Counted from the stretch's first letter, positions 1-13,779 are shown. The stretch is 64,000 bases of DNA from Eledone cirrhosa (GCA_964016885.1 OZ024743.1:89714001-89778000); one strand, 5' to 3'. The notes: generated by a model from the letters alone, not told the origin. A program made the numbers and translations.

Positions 1-150
1 TTTGTACATATGCTGCACTGGATTCGATTCCTTTAAATCTATTTATACTGTGTGCACTACAGCCGTAACTTTGGAATACAACACAAACGAATCGGACTTC
101 GTAACAGTGCTTCGAACGGTGAGCTGCCTATAACTGTTTTTACACACCTA

Positions 151-184
<34 letters not shown>

Positions 185-244
185 TAGTCAAGAACGAGCT
201 GTTAAAACGGCGAGAGCTCATCCGTCGGGCCCCGAATCATTCGA

Positions 245-337
<93 letters not shown>

Positions 338-341
<4 letters not shown>

Positions 342-652
342 TGTTACTGTTGGTTCACCGACTTTAGCTCTTGGTCTCGAAACCAAGAGGCTGATGAGCT
401 TTTGATTACAGAGTCGGGCCAAATGATATAGATCGAACCATGAGCTGATCATTAGCGAAACGCACTTCACACATGAATAAACTTAATAATGATACTCTGA
501 CACTTAGTTCCTATTTATTTTAATTATTTGCGACCTGTAAATAATATTAACAATTGGAAAGACCTATGGAAACATTGTTTCCTCGGTCCAATTTGACGAG
601 CTCCACCGCAGTCGTTAAGCGAATGAGGTCTTGCATCTTGTCGATCGACTGT
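338..652 (+). mobile_element. Microsatellite-embedded Penelope-like (pLTR) cassette with degenerate hammerhead
   Basis: CTGATGA at 391-397. A long stem II is closed by GCT/AGC, followed by GAAAC-GCAC-TTC (457-468) and then AATAAA. The 3' half matches 13167-13200 (minus), which has the intact GAAAC-GCGC-GTC. Confidence 0.55.
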
Positions 653-994
653 TATATATATATATATATATGTATACACACACATATATATATATACATA
701 TATACATACATATACATATATATATACGTACGTATATACATATAGACATATACATACATATACATATATATATACATATACATATATATATACACACACA
801 CATATAAACACATATATATACATATATACAAACATTTATATATACATATATACAGACACACATATATATACATACATATATATACACACATATATATATA
901 TACGTACATACATATATATATACACATATATTAATATATATATATTATAATATTCCTACAATATCAAGCGGTAAATTTATATCATTATTGTATT

Positions 995-1148
995 GAATTG
1001 GCAGTATCGGTAGAGGGTTGGACGCCATGCTTTCTACCACAGTTACGTCCCTTTACGATCTGAGTTTCATCCTTACGGGGTCGATAAAATAAAGTACCAG
1101 TAATGTACTGGGTATTGCTGGCCTTGTGCCAAAAGTAGAAACAATTAT
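995..1148 (+). mobile_element. tRNA-derived SINE (Meta-like core), internally deleted
   Basis: A-box-like TGGCAGTATCGG, core TTTCATCCTTACGGGGTCGATAAAATAAAGTACCAG and tail GGCCTTGTGCCAAAAGTAGAAACAATTATT, all shared with about 30 copies in the window. Confidence 0.85.
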
Positions 1149-2844
1149 TGTATTCTATTATCTCTTGTGTTTTTTCTTGCTGATTTTCCTTGTATATGTT
1201 AGTATGTACTATAGAGGAGTGTAGCGAAGAGAACACTTTTACGTTAAGTAGATTTAGAAATATGAAATAGGTAACCCAATGAAACGTCACTCTGTAGTTC
1301 ATCTCCACCCTCGTGTTGCGTATCAATGGTGTGTAATTACACACAGATCACTCTCTGCAGGACTACACGTTATATATTGATACCTTATACAGCTGTAGGG
1401 GCATCGTATCATACCCATTGCAGGTCGTGATTCTATTCGTTGCTTGATTTTTTTTTTGTATTTACTTGTAGAATCGTCACAATGTGTATACAGATATACA
1501 CACACACACGCACACAAACACACACGCACACACGCACACACATACACGCACACACATATGCGCACACATACACACAAACATACACATACACACAGCAACA
1601 GACGGGCGGGTGGACGGACGGACAATGTGCCAAGCGAACTGTAAAAAGTGACCGGGGATTATCTGTGTCCCTTGAAATATATATATATATCGAAAATGTT
1701 TGAAGACCTCTTCAATGTTGTATCTGTTCCGGTTCTCTACGTTCTGAATTCAAATCCCCCCCGATGTAAACTTTGCATTTCATCTTTTCAAGATCGATAA
1801 AGAACCAATTTGATACTGTCGGAGATTCTCCATTACTGTATCTTCCTATCTCTCTTCTCTATCTTTCCTCTCTATTTCCCCCAACCCTCTCTCTTTCCTC
1901 TCACCCGTCTCTCTTCCTTCTCTTTCATCCCTCTCTTCACCCCCCACCCCCCTCCCCCTCTATCTTTCTCCTCTCTCTTCCTTCTTTTTCTCCCTCCCTT
2001 TGTCTCGTCTCTCTCTTTTCTATATCCTTCTCCCTCTCTTTCTTGTCTCTCCCGCCTCACATAAAAGCCAGCTTCTGGACGACCTGTTGACTGGTGATCT
2101 CTGCCTGAAAATATCCGAGACAAGTCGCGTGTCAAGACAGCTCCCCCCCCCCCCAACTACACCAAGAGTGAATTAAGGGTCCATTTTAAAAAGAGATTTC
2201 AGGCTAATAATAAATACATTACATAAAATGTTATCTGGTTACCTAGAAAGGGATTTGTATGGTGCTAAGAGAAGAAAACTATAAGTTTAATGAACAAAAG
2301 AATATGAACATAGAAACACATACAGCTAAGAATGAGTGACGTTTCCTGCCAACTGACTGCTATCTATCAAACAATTTGATAAGCTATTTAAATAGGCAGT
2401 TAGTACGACCATGGAACATGGATGAAATGCCAGGTCCTATTCGGGTTTCTTCTGCCACGTTCGGAAAGAATGCTTTGCAGTATTGGTTTGGCTTTTATGC
2501 GCTCTGTGTTTAAATTTTGCCACCAAATGTTTATAGAAAATGACCTAGAAACGCCATATGTCAATACTGCGCCCCTATGACTCCCTCGGGAATTACAGCT
2601 CCCTACATCATCATCATCATCATCATCACCGTGTTACGTCCGTTCTTCCACGCTAGCATGGGTTAGACCGATTGTCCTGTTGTGGGCAGTGTCCAGTCGG
2701 CTGACCTTGTCTTGCTCAAACAGGAACTGATTCTGGCTTGATTTCTACAGCTGGATGCCCTTCCTAACACCAACCTCATTTACAGTGAGTGCTGGGTGCT
2801 TTTTTGCCGTGGCACCTCCACGACCACTTTACAGTGGAATGATA

Positions 2845-3005
2845 GGGACCGAAGTCCTATCATCTCATTTCTACAGCTGAGTAAACTGGAGCAATGTGAA
2901 ATAAAGTGTCTTGCTCAAGGAAACAACACATCACCCGGTCCGAGAATTGAACTCACAACCTTTCGATTGCAAGCCCAATGCTCTAACCACTCAGCCATGT
3001 GCCTT
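2845..3005 (-). mobile_element. Second tRNA-derived SINE family (5' part)
   Basis: On the minus strand: TGGCTGAGTGG A-box and GAGTTCAATTC B-box, then TTCCTTGAGCAAGACACTTTATTTC. Homologous to 4115-4385 (+) and 42990-43120 (-). Confidence 0.75.
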
Positions 3006-3610
3006 CATACATATCAATTGTATTCGAAGAGAAACCCTTCGAGATTATAACTGAGATTTTTTGTTACATATCTAACTATTTCCCAAATCATTGAAGATAT
3101 CATTATATCATATTTAATAGAGTAGTGGAATATATATATTTTGCACGTTGGTCATTCCTGTTTCACAGTTTATTTTCGAAATCTGATGGAGACCCCATTT
3201 ATACAAACTTTTTTTATTCGGGAGGGGTGGGAGGCTGTGATTTTTGTCAGCTGTCGCACTGAATTATATATGGTCTATTATATTTACATACTTTAGCTGC
3301 AGTGATTCGTAGATTTTAAAAATGTTCTTATATTCCCACATCAGGCGTATGACTGACTTTGGAGAAATAACTATTTACAGGGAGTTTGTGATTGGAAAGC
3401 GAAATTCTTATGGTTACAAAATGACTCAGATGTGTGAGTAAATTTTAAAGAGTTTCCTATATATATTTTTTCCATATATATATATAATTTTTTTTTGTAC
3501 CTTTTTATTGTACCTTTTTGTCGTACCTTTTTTTTTCGTACCTTTTTTTCGCACCTTTTTTTTTTTCGTACCTTTCCGACGGAATTACTTCATTTATATA
3601 TATATATATA

Positions 3611-3973
3611 TCAAAGGTATATATTGAGTTAGAAACTCAAAATAGTCTCTTACAATAAAATAGCTCTAGGAAAGAGATTTTTTCGAGCTGTATATTATAA
3701 TTGAATATAAAAGAAAAACGAACACAGATATATACATATAAGTGTTCAAATCGCAAGGGACCAGATTCGCTAAGGTGAAAAGAATACTAACTATCGACAA
3801 TATGGTTTGCCTGACTCAATTTAAGAATAAATCAAGAAAATAAATACAAACCAGTATTCTTTTAGTATTAGTATTCTTTTAGTATTAGTATTCTTTTCAC
3901 CTTAGCGAATCTGGTCCATTGCGATTTGAACACATATATGTATATATCTGTGTTCGTTTTTCTTTTATATTCA

Positions 3974-3978
<5 letters not shown>
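3611..3978 (-). mobile_element. TA-embedded cassette with ~95-bp inverted repeat
   Basis: Arms ~3696-3790 and ~3885-3978 are near-perfect reverse complements. (TA)n lies on both sides. AGCTC...GAGCT hairpin at 3662-3689. Confidence 0.7.
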
Positions 3979-4013
<35 letters not shown>

Positions 4014-4079
4014 TATATGTATATATATATATACACACTCACACACACACATATATATGTATATATATATACACACACT

Positions 4080-4113
<34 letters not shown>

Positions 4114-4114
4114 A

Positions 4115-4385
4115 ATGTGTGATGCGTTGTGTCCTTGAACAAGACACTTTATTTCATGTTACTCCAGTTCACTCAGCTGTAGAAATGAGATGTGGCGTCA
4201 CATGTGTCAAGCTGTATCGGCCATTGCTCTTCCCTTGGACAACATCGGTGGCGTAGCGTGGAGAGGGGAGACTGGTATGTATGGGCGACTGCTGGTCTTC
4301 CATAAACAAACCTTGTCCAGGCTTGTGTCTCGGATGGAAACTTTCTAAGTGCAAACCCATGGTCATTAGTGATGTGGGCCCTTAA
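4115..4385 (+). mobile_element. Second SINE family, 5'-truncated copy
   Basis: GTGTCCTTGAACAAGACACTTTATTTCATGTTACTCCAGTTCACTCAGCTGTAGAAATGAG matches the reverse complement of 2864-2925. Confidence 0.7.
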
Positions 4386-4811
4386 ATATATATGCGTGGC
4401 TTATAGTTGATGTGTTCGATCAACATCAGTATGTAAAATGATGAGAAAGAGTGTGTGTGTGCCTATGGCTGTGAATTGGTAAAGTCGTTGGAGAAATAAC
4501 TATTTATAAGGACAGATGTAAGATAAGAACTTAGGACTTGGTGATTGGAAAGCGAACCTCTTATTGTAGCAATATGACTGAGATAGCAAATGTTTTGTAC
4601 GTGTGTGTAAATTGTAAAGTTTTAAAGGCATAGAGATAGCAATGTTTATATGAATTGTTCCATATTCAGACATAAGTGTGTAAATGTGGGAGTGGTTGGG
4701 GGGGGGGGTTAACTAGGTATTCGCGTAGGTACTTTTGTCAAGTGCAATGACTTCAGCACTCGTGAGTGTAGAATAGAATTAAATATTTTTCTATAATCAA
4801 GCCACATTGTC

Positions 4812-5272
4812 AATAAGGTCTCGAATAATCTCCCTCACCACGCTTATTAATGTTTCAGATCCCCCCCCCCCCCACCGCTCGTCCCAAATCCATCACACAC
4901 ACAAACCCACGCTTATTTAATTTTATTTTAAGTGGTTGCATTCCTGCGACAATTAAATTTCTTTAGACATTAGAAAACATTACACATGACAAAAAAGAAC
5001 ATTACTAGGAATCCAATACGTTATAAAATAAATAGCATGGGAGGGGGGGGGGGGTCTCAATATGTAAACTAAACGACTAATTCTGATTTTTAAAATAATC
5101 AATGGAGACAACCTAGAAAAATACTGAAGCCCACCCCCGCTTTTCCCCCTGCTTACCCCCCCCCCCATTATTTGGGATCCGAGATACAACCTAGAAAAAT
5201 TACCGATTTTTCAACACCAACCACGCTCTACCCCACCGCTTATTATATGGGACCTGAGGGTAGCACAAATTT
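4812..5272. mobile_element. Non-autonomous DNA-transposon-like element (MITE), copy 1
   Basis: Homologous in reverse orientation to 42000-42730. Imperfect terminal inverted motifs AGGTCTCGAATAA and TTAT..GGGACCTGAGGGTA. Confidence 0.55.
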
Positions 5273-5832
5273 GTTCGGTACAACTATACACCACCTTCGT
5301 CTCACCTTCTTACACATTAGTCCCTATATTGGACTTACAGTGGTGTCGGAATTATTGGTTGAGATATCTCCTGTCAAGTTTGTAAATAATGTTCAGACAA
5401 GCAATGGTCCTAGAGATTTTTGCCATGTCAGTGTTTTCATGCATACGTGCATGTATGCATATATGCATGCATGTGTGTGTGTGTGTATATATATATGCAT
5501 GTATATTCTGGTTTTATAATTTTATAATCTTTTACCAATAAAGGGAGAGAGAGAGTTGGTTTCCAACATAGATACAAGACTCTTTCATTGGAATTTAAAC
5601 AACATCAACTTGGTAAATATGTCTGCACGTCTGCATGCGTGCATGTGTGTGTGTGTGTGGGGGGGGGGGGTGCAGGTATGGATGTTATTGTATGTGTGGA
5701 TGTAGATGTTTTCAGTTGTGTGCGTGTGCATATGTTTTGTATCTGTACATGTGTACATGCAGTTATTACACGCAGAATTTTTGGAATGTTTGTGCGTGCA
5801 TGTGTTTATGTGTATGGTGTATTGTGTGTATA

Positions 5833-5877
<45 letters not shown>

Positions 5878-6159
5878 GTGTGTGTGTGTGTGTGTGTGTG
5901 TGTTCATGTAATGGCAAGTGACATTCATGTCAAGCTAGTCCTTCATAGTTCTTTTCAATATACATGTCAGTGACTTTCTGCAGGACGTCAACCTCGTGTT
6001 CCAGTATCCAAATGTTAAATCTCTCCTTGATGCCTTCCTATTAAGTAGCTTTCCCACAGCTTTCGTGAAAGTTTCAAGGTCAATTGTATAGCTTTTACTG
6101 TAGATGTTATCAGAGTATCCTTTTTTAATTATATTTAGCCATGATTTATTCTGGTTTAA

Positions 6160-6225
<66 letters not shown>

Positions 6226-6228
<3 letters not shown>

Positions 6229-6540
6229 GATATTAAATAAATGGAAACTATATTTATAAAATACTATCCACACAGCTTCCAAAAATAATGGTCGCATCTA
6301 ATAGGGTACGTCAAAATTATTTATAAAACTGTTTATATATTGTATTTTGTCTGATGAAGGCATACCATATTTTAATTTGGTATCCCTGAAATATGTATAA
6401 TGAAATAAATATGGTTTCATAAATATAGTTTCCATTTATTTAATATCGTATATCTACTCCAAAAACTTGTCGAGTGCTTTATATCAATTATAAAATATTT
6501 ACTTGTTGTATCCCAACAATTTTAAATAGAACTTTTGCAT
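6226..6540 (+). mobile_element. Family A TA-embedded hammerhead cassette with short 5' inverted arm
   Basis: 6226-6261 is the reverse complement of 6415-6450. Contains the HHR at 6343-6407. Flanked by (TA)n. Homologous to the copies at 16013, 22107, 35871 and 39760. Confidence 0.85.
6343..6407 (+). ncRNA. Type-I hammerhead ribozyme (minimal stem III)
   Basis: Stem I TATTTTGT/ATGAAATA; core CTGATGA; stem II AGG-C-ATACCA..TGGTAT-C-CCT; GAAA; T-ATGT-A; predicted AUA cleavage after 6399. Confidence 0.8.
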
Positions 6541-6554
6541 ATATATATATATAT

Positions 6555-7446
6555 ATATCCAAAATTAAGATAAATCAAAATGAATTTAATCTAAATCAAA
6601 ATTATGGGTGTCATGCCAGAAAGGCATGCGCCATATCACCCGCAAAATAAGCTCTAAGATTCTAATGAATAGGTCCGAGCATTTTATAACAACTAGAAAT
6701 TGATTAACATAAATAAACATGGATAATCACAGGAGATAATTTTTACAAGTGTGTAAGCACACATAGCTAGCTAGGTAACTAAATAAAGTTAACTAGAACT
6801 TCAAAAATAGATACCTTATAATATGATTAATCTTCCCTGTATATATTCCATTAAGGAATATATTTCACCAATTAATCGAATGCCGGTACTTCGATTTTCA
6901 ACAAGGAAGAAGTCCAGCGGTCTATGTTTACGCATTAAGTTCAAATCAGCGACTGGCCAGTAACACGTGCTGTATCTACTAGAAATACACACATCATACC
7001 AGCTTCGTCCCAGTGGCGTGAATAGGGTTATCGACAACTAGAAACAGCAGTCAAGTCCTTTCAACAGAGTTAGCTCTACAATTAAGGAGCCGTATTTATA
7101 TATCTATATCCAAAATTAAGATAAATCAAAATGAATTTAATCTAAATCAAAATTATGGGTGTCATGCCAGAAAGGCATGCGCCATATCACCCGCAAAATA
7201 AGGTCTAAGATTCTAATGAATAGGTCCGAGCATTTTATAACAACTAGAAATTGATTAACATATAAATAAACATGAATAATTACAGGAGATCATTTTTACA
7301 AGTGTGTAAGCACACACAGCTAGGTAGGTAACTAAATAAAGTTAACTAGAACTTCAAAAATAGATACCTTATAATATGATTAATCTTGAAAAAATTATCT
7401 CCTGTGATTATTCATGTTTATTTATATGTTAATCAATTTCTAGTTG

Positions 7447-7450
<4 letters not shown>
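6555..7450 (-). mobile_element. TA-embedded element with ~280-bp direct repeats plus a terminal inverted segment (Penelope-like pLTR architecture)
   Basis: 6555-6834 is nearly identical to 7105-7387. 7386-7450 is the reverse complement of ~7237-7300. (TA)n lies on both sides. No HHR core found. Confidence 0.7.
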
Positions 7451-7504
<54 letters not shown>

Positions 7505-7819
7505 TTGACTTGTTCTTCTTTTTGGTAAATATCATCTTGGTTAAGAGAGTGGGACTGGCTTTGTGCAGTGCCTTTGCTCACTATAAAAGCTTCACGGCAC
7601 AGGCATTGCTTTATATTTGGAGATCTCTCTGCACTTGTCGTCACATGGTACCATGGGCCCAGCACTATGTGTCAATAATTGTCATAAGTGTAGTGTTTGT
7701 ACCAGAGTTTTCAAGTCGCTGGCTGGACTAAAAAGTCACACTCGTTCAGCGCATCGGTAGGGGTTCTCCTACATGGATATAAAAAGTAGTGGCCGTACTC
7801 GAAAACGAGTTGGCAGCCA

Positions 7820-7881
<62 letters not shown>

Positions 7882-7916
7882 AATATTAACAAAATAGATA
7901 TTCTTGTGATCAAGTA

Positions 7917-7983
7917 TATTTTATTATACATATTTCAGAGGTACTGAGTTAAGTTCAACAGTACGTCCTCATCAGATAAAATA
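7917..7983 (-). ncRNA. Type-I hammerhead ribozyme in family B cassette (7878-8053)
   Basis: Minus strand: TATTTTAT-CTGATGA-GGA-C-GTACTG..CAGTAC-C-TCT-GAAA-T-ATGT-ATA-ATAAAATA. Cassette is flanked by (TA)n and homologous to 14582-14958. Confidence 0.8.
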
Positions 7984-8049
7984 AGATGATGCATGACATA
8001 CCCTGATATACTAGATGGTTAAGATTCAGTCATGGTAGTGTTTAACTTT

Positions 8050-8095
<46 letters not shown>

Positions 8096-8710
8096 ATTAG
8101 ATCTTTCTTAGAGAGGTTTTTGTTTACGAAGATGTTTTATACGTCATACTCCAGTATAGAATTACAAGAAAACTTGTAGCTCATGATGGCTCGTTATAGT
8201 ATTTTGTTTTACAATAATGGAGTTTTTCAATCAGCGTCCTGTGTTCGCGTTTTAAAGTTATTAATTTTCCCTCGAGAGTTTAGCATTTGGAAGCAAGCCT
8301 CTCTTCACGCCTGTTGTATGTAAGTAAGAACGTGCGTGTATACCAGGTTGTGGGATTAGAGAAAAAATATAATTTTATTTCATTATAAAGAAGTTTCCTA
8401 TTGAGTATATTTTAGAATACTATTAATATTATTTTCCTTTTTTGGGATAACAATGTCATACATACGTGCGTATAAGCATATATATATATAAGCATACACA
8501 TAAACATATATACGTGTATGTATATATATTGATATATTTGGGGAGGGTCATGTTGTCCTAATATTGCCAAAAATAGTAAAACACCTTGCAAACCCTCCAT
8601 CTCAACTCTACTTTTGAAAAGCACAAGAACTGCGAAACCGGTAAAGGAACCAAATAAATATATTTAAAAAAAAAAAGACTCCAGTAGCATTTTCGATTTC
8701 ATCTTTTTTT

Positions 8711-8781
<71 letters not shown>

Positions 8782-8782
8782 G

Positions 8783-8846
<64 letters not shown>

Positions 8847-9649
8847 ATCCCGGGTTCAATCGGGGGCATATTAAATATATATATATATATACACTCATGT
8901 GTATATGTTATCTTCATATGTGTTATATATGTATTTGTTTATGATGTTAATAATCATAATAGGTAGACATAGAACGGGTATCTAGCTACTATGTAGGAAG
9001 AATGACCCTATTATATGCTACAATTTAGTATTTACTTTAGAAAATATTTTCATATTCCATATAATGCTTCGTTCTTGATAGGGCCTTACGTTCGTTTTTT
9101 ACAGTGCATATTTTCAAATTTTCATAGCTTTATTCTTTGTTACAATCAGATCTATTTAACCTTTTCGGAAACTGATTGTGAGGTGGGGAGCTTTTTTCCC
9201 ACTTGGCATACATTATGTTCTGTACTTTACATTTTGATCACTATACTGAAACCTAGGCTTTTACTGATTCAATGTATTTGTTGAAGTGTGTTGTGTTAGT
9301 TTTATTTCAATTCTCTAGTATGTGAGTTTTTGTTATACCTCTATCTTATAGAATGTCTATTATGTGTCTTAATGTTTATAAAGGGGCTTTTACTATTGTT
9401 GTATCAAATAGTTATTTTTAGAAAAATGTCCAACAAATTTAGTAAATATATTGTAAGATGTCACTAGTTAGCTTAAAACTCGTCTGTTTTATGAACTAGC
9501 ATTTTATGTTAGGCAATTTCCTTATATTAATGTTTATATATTATTTTATTTATTTATTTGATCTTTTAAAATATTTTATTGTTTTATCTTGTTCAGTGCT
9601 TGAAAAACTTCATCACATAGTAAGTGAAAATACTAAATAAGCGAGTACA

Positions 9650-9890
9650 ATTGATACAATTAGTGTGGTGTGGTAAATAAATATATACACAAGGTCCGAA
9701 CATAATGGAACCAAACTCCCACTATCACTGCCTCCGTCTCTCCCCCTCTCCTCATCTCTCACTATTATGAACAAATGGAGGCCCACGTGCTGGACGTCCC
9801 GACAGTCAGAATGGAGAAGGCGTTTCCCCGGAGGACGGTGAGGGAAACGCTCTGAAAGAGCCATTCCAGCTCACGAGACACACTTGTACA
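9650..9890. repeat. Unclassified dispersed repeat; inverted homolog at ~25215-25460
   Basis: Shared blocks GGTCCGAACATAAT, CTCACTATTAT and AAGAGCCATTCCAGCTC occur in opposite orientation at 25.2-25.5 kb. Confidence 0.6.
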
Positions 9891-9891
9891 G

Positions 9892-10069
9892 GCAGTATCG
9901 GTGGAGGATCGGACGCCACGCTTTCCAGCATAGTTATGTCCCTTTACGGTCTGTGTTCAAATCCCGTCGAGGTTAACTTTGCCTTTCATCCTTACGGGGT
10001 CTATAAAATAAAGTACCAGTAATGTACTGGGTAATTGCTGGCCTTATGCCAAATGTAGAAACAATTATT
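9892..10069 (+). mobile_element. tRNA-derived SINE (Meta-like core)
   Basis: A-box, B-box GTTCAAATCC, core and tail as in the family consensus. Confidence 0.85.
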
Positions 10070-10652
10070 TATATACTAGCCATGTATGGAGGCAGCATAA
10101 CTGAATGGTTAAGAAGTTTGCTTTGCAATCATTAGGTCCCAGGTTCAATGCAACAGCGTAGCACTGTGAGAAAGTGTTGTTTACCATATCCTCCGATTGA
10201 TATATGCATTATAAGTAAAACTGGGAAACGGAAACTATTTACAAGCTCATCGGATAGGCTACCTATAATTCAAAGAGTCAGCTTGTTACACACTGTGTCA
10301 CTCCGAATTTCTTTGAGAATTGCGTTAACGTTACATGTGTCTGTAGAATGCTCAGTCACTTACACGTTAATTTCTTGAGCAGGCTGAAACATTCAATGTT
10401 AAAACCCAACAGAAGTCCAGAGATGTGTAGATTCAGCATGAACGAAATTCGCTAAAGACGGTAGTTTAGGCTCACTAAGTAACTATATTATTATCTATAT
10501 TCACACATTTTCACTGCTGCTAAGAACAGAAATCAACCAGCGTCCTTTTATAACGCGAGTGTTGACAGATCCGGTATACATTTGATCTCTCGATCATTCA
10601 TAACGCGAGTGTCGACAGATCCGGTATACATTTCACTTCTCGATATTATTTC

Positions 10653-10842
10653 GGTGGATTGGCAGTATCGGTAGAGGGTCGGACGTCATGCTTTGCAGCA
10701 AAGAGTTACGGCCCTTTATGGTCTGAGTTCAAATCCCGCCAAGGTTAACTTTGCCTTTCATCCTTACGGGGTCGATAAAATAAAGAACTAGTAATGTACT
10801 GGGTAATTGCTGGCCTTGTGCCAAAAGTAGAAACAATTATTT
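10653..10842 (+). mobile_element. tRNA-derived SINE (Meta-like core), full length
   Basis: GGTGGATTGGCAGTATCGG...GAGTTCAAATCC...AGAAACAATTATT. Confidence 0.9.
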
Positions 10843-11591
10843 CATAAGAGTTGTAAGCAAAATATTTTAGTGATATTAGCTTTGTGCAGCTTTCAATAAC
10901 ACCCTGACCTAGAGAACACAGATACACCATGACATATTGACATATTATTCAACAGCCACTGTAGTCGATGACCAGCAAAAGTACACAGTCAGGGGGAAAA
11001 GGGGGCAATTACCCCAGGCCCCCTGCAATGGAGTACCCCACCAGCTACGGCCGTAGCAATTTATTTATACCCTCAGCTGGGCTTTTAAATTTTAGGATGG
11101 TTAGAATTTTTTAATTTAATACCTGTATGTATAAGTTTTCAATTCCAATTACTTGCGCCAAGCTAACTTTGATATGAAAAACTGGAGGGTTTCCTGTGTC
11201 TTCTAAAATTTTGTTATGGGTGTGTGTGGAGGGGGGGGGGGGGGAATCTGAAGTGACGCCAGAACCACAAGGTCAAATTCCAACCCTGTCCAGTGTTATG
11301 CATGTCCGCCTATTTGTGGTGTGAACACGGAAGACTTTGGTAGTTGATTCCATCTGTATGTTTCGATAGGTTTTCCATTTTATTCAGCAGTATATGGATC
11401 AAGCTGTATCTGATTGCTAGTGCAGTCACCAACAACTCCACCACAAACAGGTTGTAATAGATTACATGTGTTCAAGCAGACGATATCAGGCAGTGGTCTG
11501 TTACTCGGAATTGGGTAATATACAGAAAAGATAATGTATATGATATTTTAGTGTGTAAAGCACACACACACTGTATATACAATATACACAG

Positions 11592-11623
<32 letters not shown>

Positions 11624-11638
11624 CATAGTTTATATCCA

Positions 11639-11678
<40 letters not shown>

Positions 11679-11679
<1 letters not shown>

Positions 11680-11870
11680 CAAAGGAATTGTGGTAAGGAA
11701 CCAGATGGACCATAACGCACCAGAGTACTCAATACTTAGGGTAGTAGAGTGGGAAATAGGAAAAAGTTTGACCCCGACGGCAGAGCTCAAGCCGTTTCGA
11801 CGGCTATTTCAGTCCAGAAATACCCGTCGAAACGGCTTGAGCTCTGCTGTCGGGGTCATACTTTTTCCTG
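11679..11870 (-). mobile_element. Family D TA-embedded cassette with 46-bp inverted repeat and 3' half of a hammerhead
   Basis: Arms 11758-11803 and 11824-11869. The minus strand reads GAAA-CGGC-TTGAGCTCT-GCCG-TC-GGGGTC (stem III plus GUC). Tail is homologous to 40090-40160. Confidence 0.75.
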
Positions 11871-12140
11871 TATATATATATATATATATATACATATATT
11901 GGAAAATGTGTGTAATCCTTGGTACAGTTAGGTATATTAAGACAGGGGGGGAAGAAAAAATGGCTTCACTTGTGCTTTCAACAAATTTATTTTCTTCACA
12001 AAATCCAAAAAGAATTTTTCTTAAAAAAATTATTTTATAAATTAAGTTGTTGGTTGTTGGTTAGGTCTTAGGAGTTCTTGGTTAACGTAGGAGGTATTGT
12101 TTCGTTTTTAGAAAGACCTTTCACGCTGAGGTGCGCTTGT

Positions 12141-12197
<57 letters not shown>

Positions 12198-12283
12198 ATA
12201 CATGCATACATAGATATGTTCGAGATTATATATAAATATATTCAAACATATATACATGTGAATATGTGTGTGTTTGTGGTTAT

Positions 12284-12321
<38 letters not shown>

Positions 12322-12620
12322 TTGCGTGCGTAATAAAAAGATAGCTTAGTGGTTAAGGTTTCTCAAGGTCATGAGTTCAATTGGCAATGACATATGTCCT
12401 TGGGCACGACACCTTAGTGTAAGTTGTCCCAGTGAACTCACCTGGCATAATAAGTTCAATAGGACAGCCATGGTATATACTATGCCACGTTGAATCTCAA
12501 TAAAACTACGGTAAGGATTCATCTCTCTATAGAATACTCAATAGCTTGTACGTTAATCTCAAGAACAGGCAGTTCCATGAGTCGAATCTACTATATAAAT
12601 AAACTATATATACCCACAAA

Positions 12621-12689
<69 letters not shown>

Positions 12690-12690
<1 letters not shown>

Positions 12691-13090
12691 GGTATAACTT
12701 TATAACTTTGATAACTTTGATAGGTTTCGGTCAGTATTGGCCCAGGCCATGTCTAACTTAATAGCACCACCTGGCGAAGTCTTACAAATCAGTGTTTGGG
12801 CACCATGGCCCACTGGAGCAGAGAGTTATTGTTTACAGAGGCATATCCGGGTGTAGGGGCTTATCCGGGATTTCTTGAAGGAATTTATCCAAAGACTTCT
12901 TGAACTTGATGGGGTCTGTCTCTGCTTTGATGTGTTTTGGTGTAATGTTAAAGAGTGCAGGGCCAATTGAGGTGAAATAATTGTGCCGTATTGTTGTTAT
13001 GTGATGCGAGTGGAATTTTTGTCGTGGGCGGATAGCACGGGGCCCAAGCCTTGGGTGTACACTAAAGGTGATGCCAACATCATTTGGGCT
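12690..13090 (-). pseudogene. 3' end of a CR1-group LINE (RT C-terminal tail, 3'UTR, (AAAGTTAT)n-type tail)
   Basis: ORF 12833..13153 contains GPALFNITPKHI...FKKSLDKFLQEIPDKP, typical of CR1/L2-group ORF2 ends. Short tandem tail at 12694-12722. Confidence 0.7.
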
Positions 13091-13117
13091 AAGCTGATGG
13101 AATATATATATATATAT

Positions 13118-13232
13118 TGAAAGGATAACAAGGACGATTGGTTGCTCCTTCATTACATTTATTGGTAGGTGACGCGCGTTTCGCCACTGATCAGCTCAAG
13201 GTTTGACCTGCAGTAACTCCAAGTTACACTCC

Positions 13233-13235
<3 letters not shown>
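13118..13235 (-). mobile_element. TA-embedded fragment with 3' half of a hammerhead
   Basis: Minus strand: GC-GAAA-C-GCGC-GTC-ACCT followed by AATAAA (13158-13182). Related to 338-652. Confidence 0.65.
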
Positions 13236-13318
<83 letters not shown>

Positions 13319-13320
<2 letters not shown>

Positions 13321-13548
13321 AAGGGATAACAAAATATCGTTATAGGTAATCCAGTTAAAGGTTGTGAATACTTCTTATTATGGATAGTTTTATCGTTGAC
13401 TCAACAAGAGATTTACGAAGATGGCGAGTTTATGATTTCACTTGTATTCCTATGTAAGTTTATCTTGGAGTAATAAAATTGAAAAAGTGAAGAATAACAT
13501 GGTATACTTCACTTTTTATTCACCATGTCATTCTTCACTTTTTCAATT
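13319..13548 (-). mobile_element. Family E cassette (3' tail) with 27-bp inverted repeat
   Basis: Arms 13477-13503 and 13522-13548. Tail is homologous to 61590-61798 (CTTGTTGAGTCAA; ACCTATAAC..TTGTTATCCC). Confidence 0.7.
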
Positions 13549-13601
13549 ATATATGTATGTATATGTATATATGTGTATATATATATATATATATGTGTGT
13601 G

Positions 13602-13692
<91 letters not shown>

Positions 13693-13720
13693 ATATATAT
13701 ATATATGTATGTGTATATAT

Positions 13721-13779
<59 letters not shown>

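Noticed and set aside
185-245. Family D-like hammerhead remnant
   Set aside because: It resembles the 11824 and 40030 motif, but GAAA is mutated and the fragment is too short to call.
7500-7822. C2H2 zinc-finger gene exon (CSVCTRVFKSLAGLKSHTRSAH)
   Set aside because: It is a single finger within a dispersed repeat (upstream part similar to ~29500 and ~55450). It is more likely a LINE C-terminal remnant than a host gene.
8950-9600. Possible Penelope N-terminal ORF remnant on the minus strand (SKSLGFS; DKG-like segment)
   Set aside because: It is too degenerate, with many stops and frameshifts, to support without a profile search.
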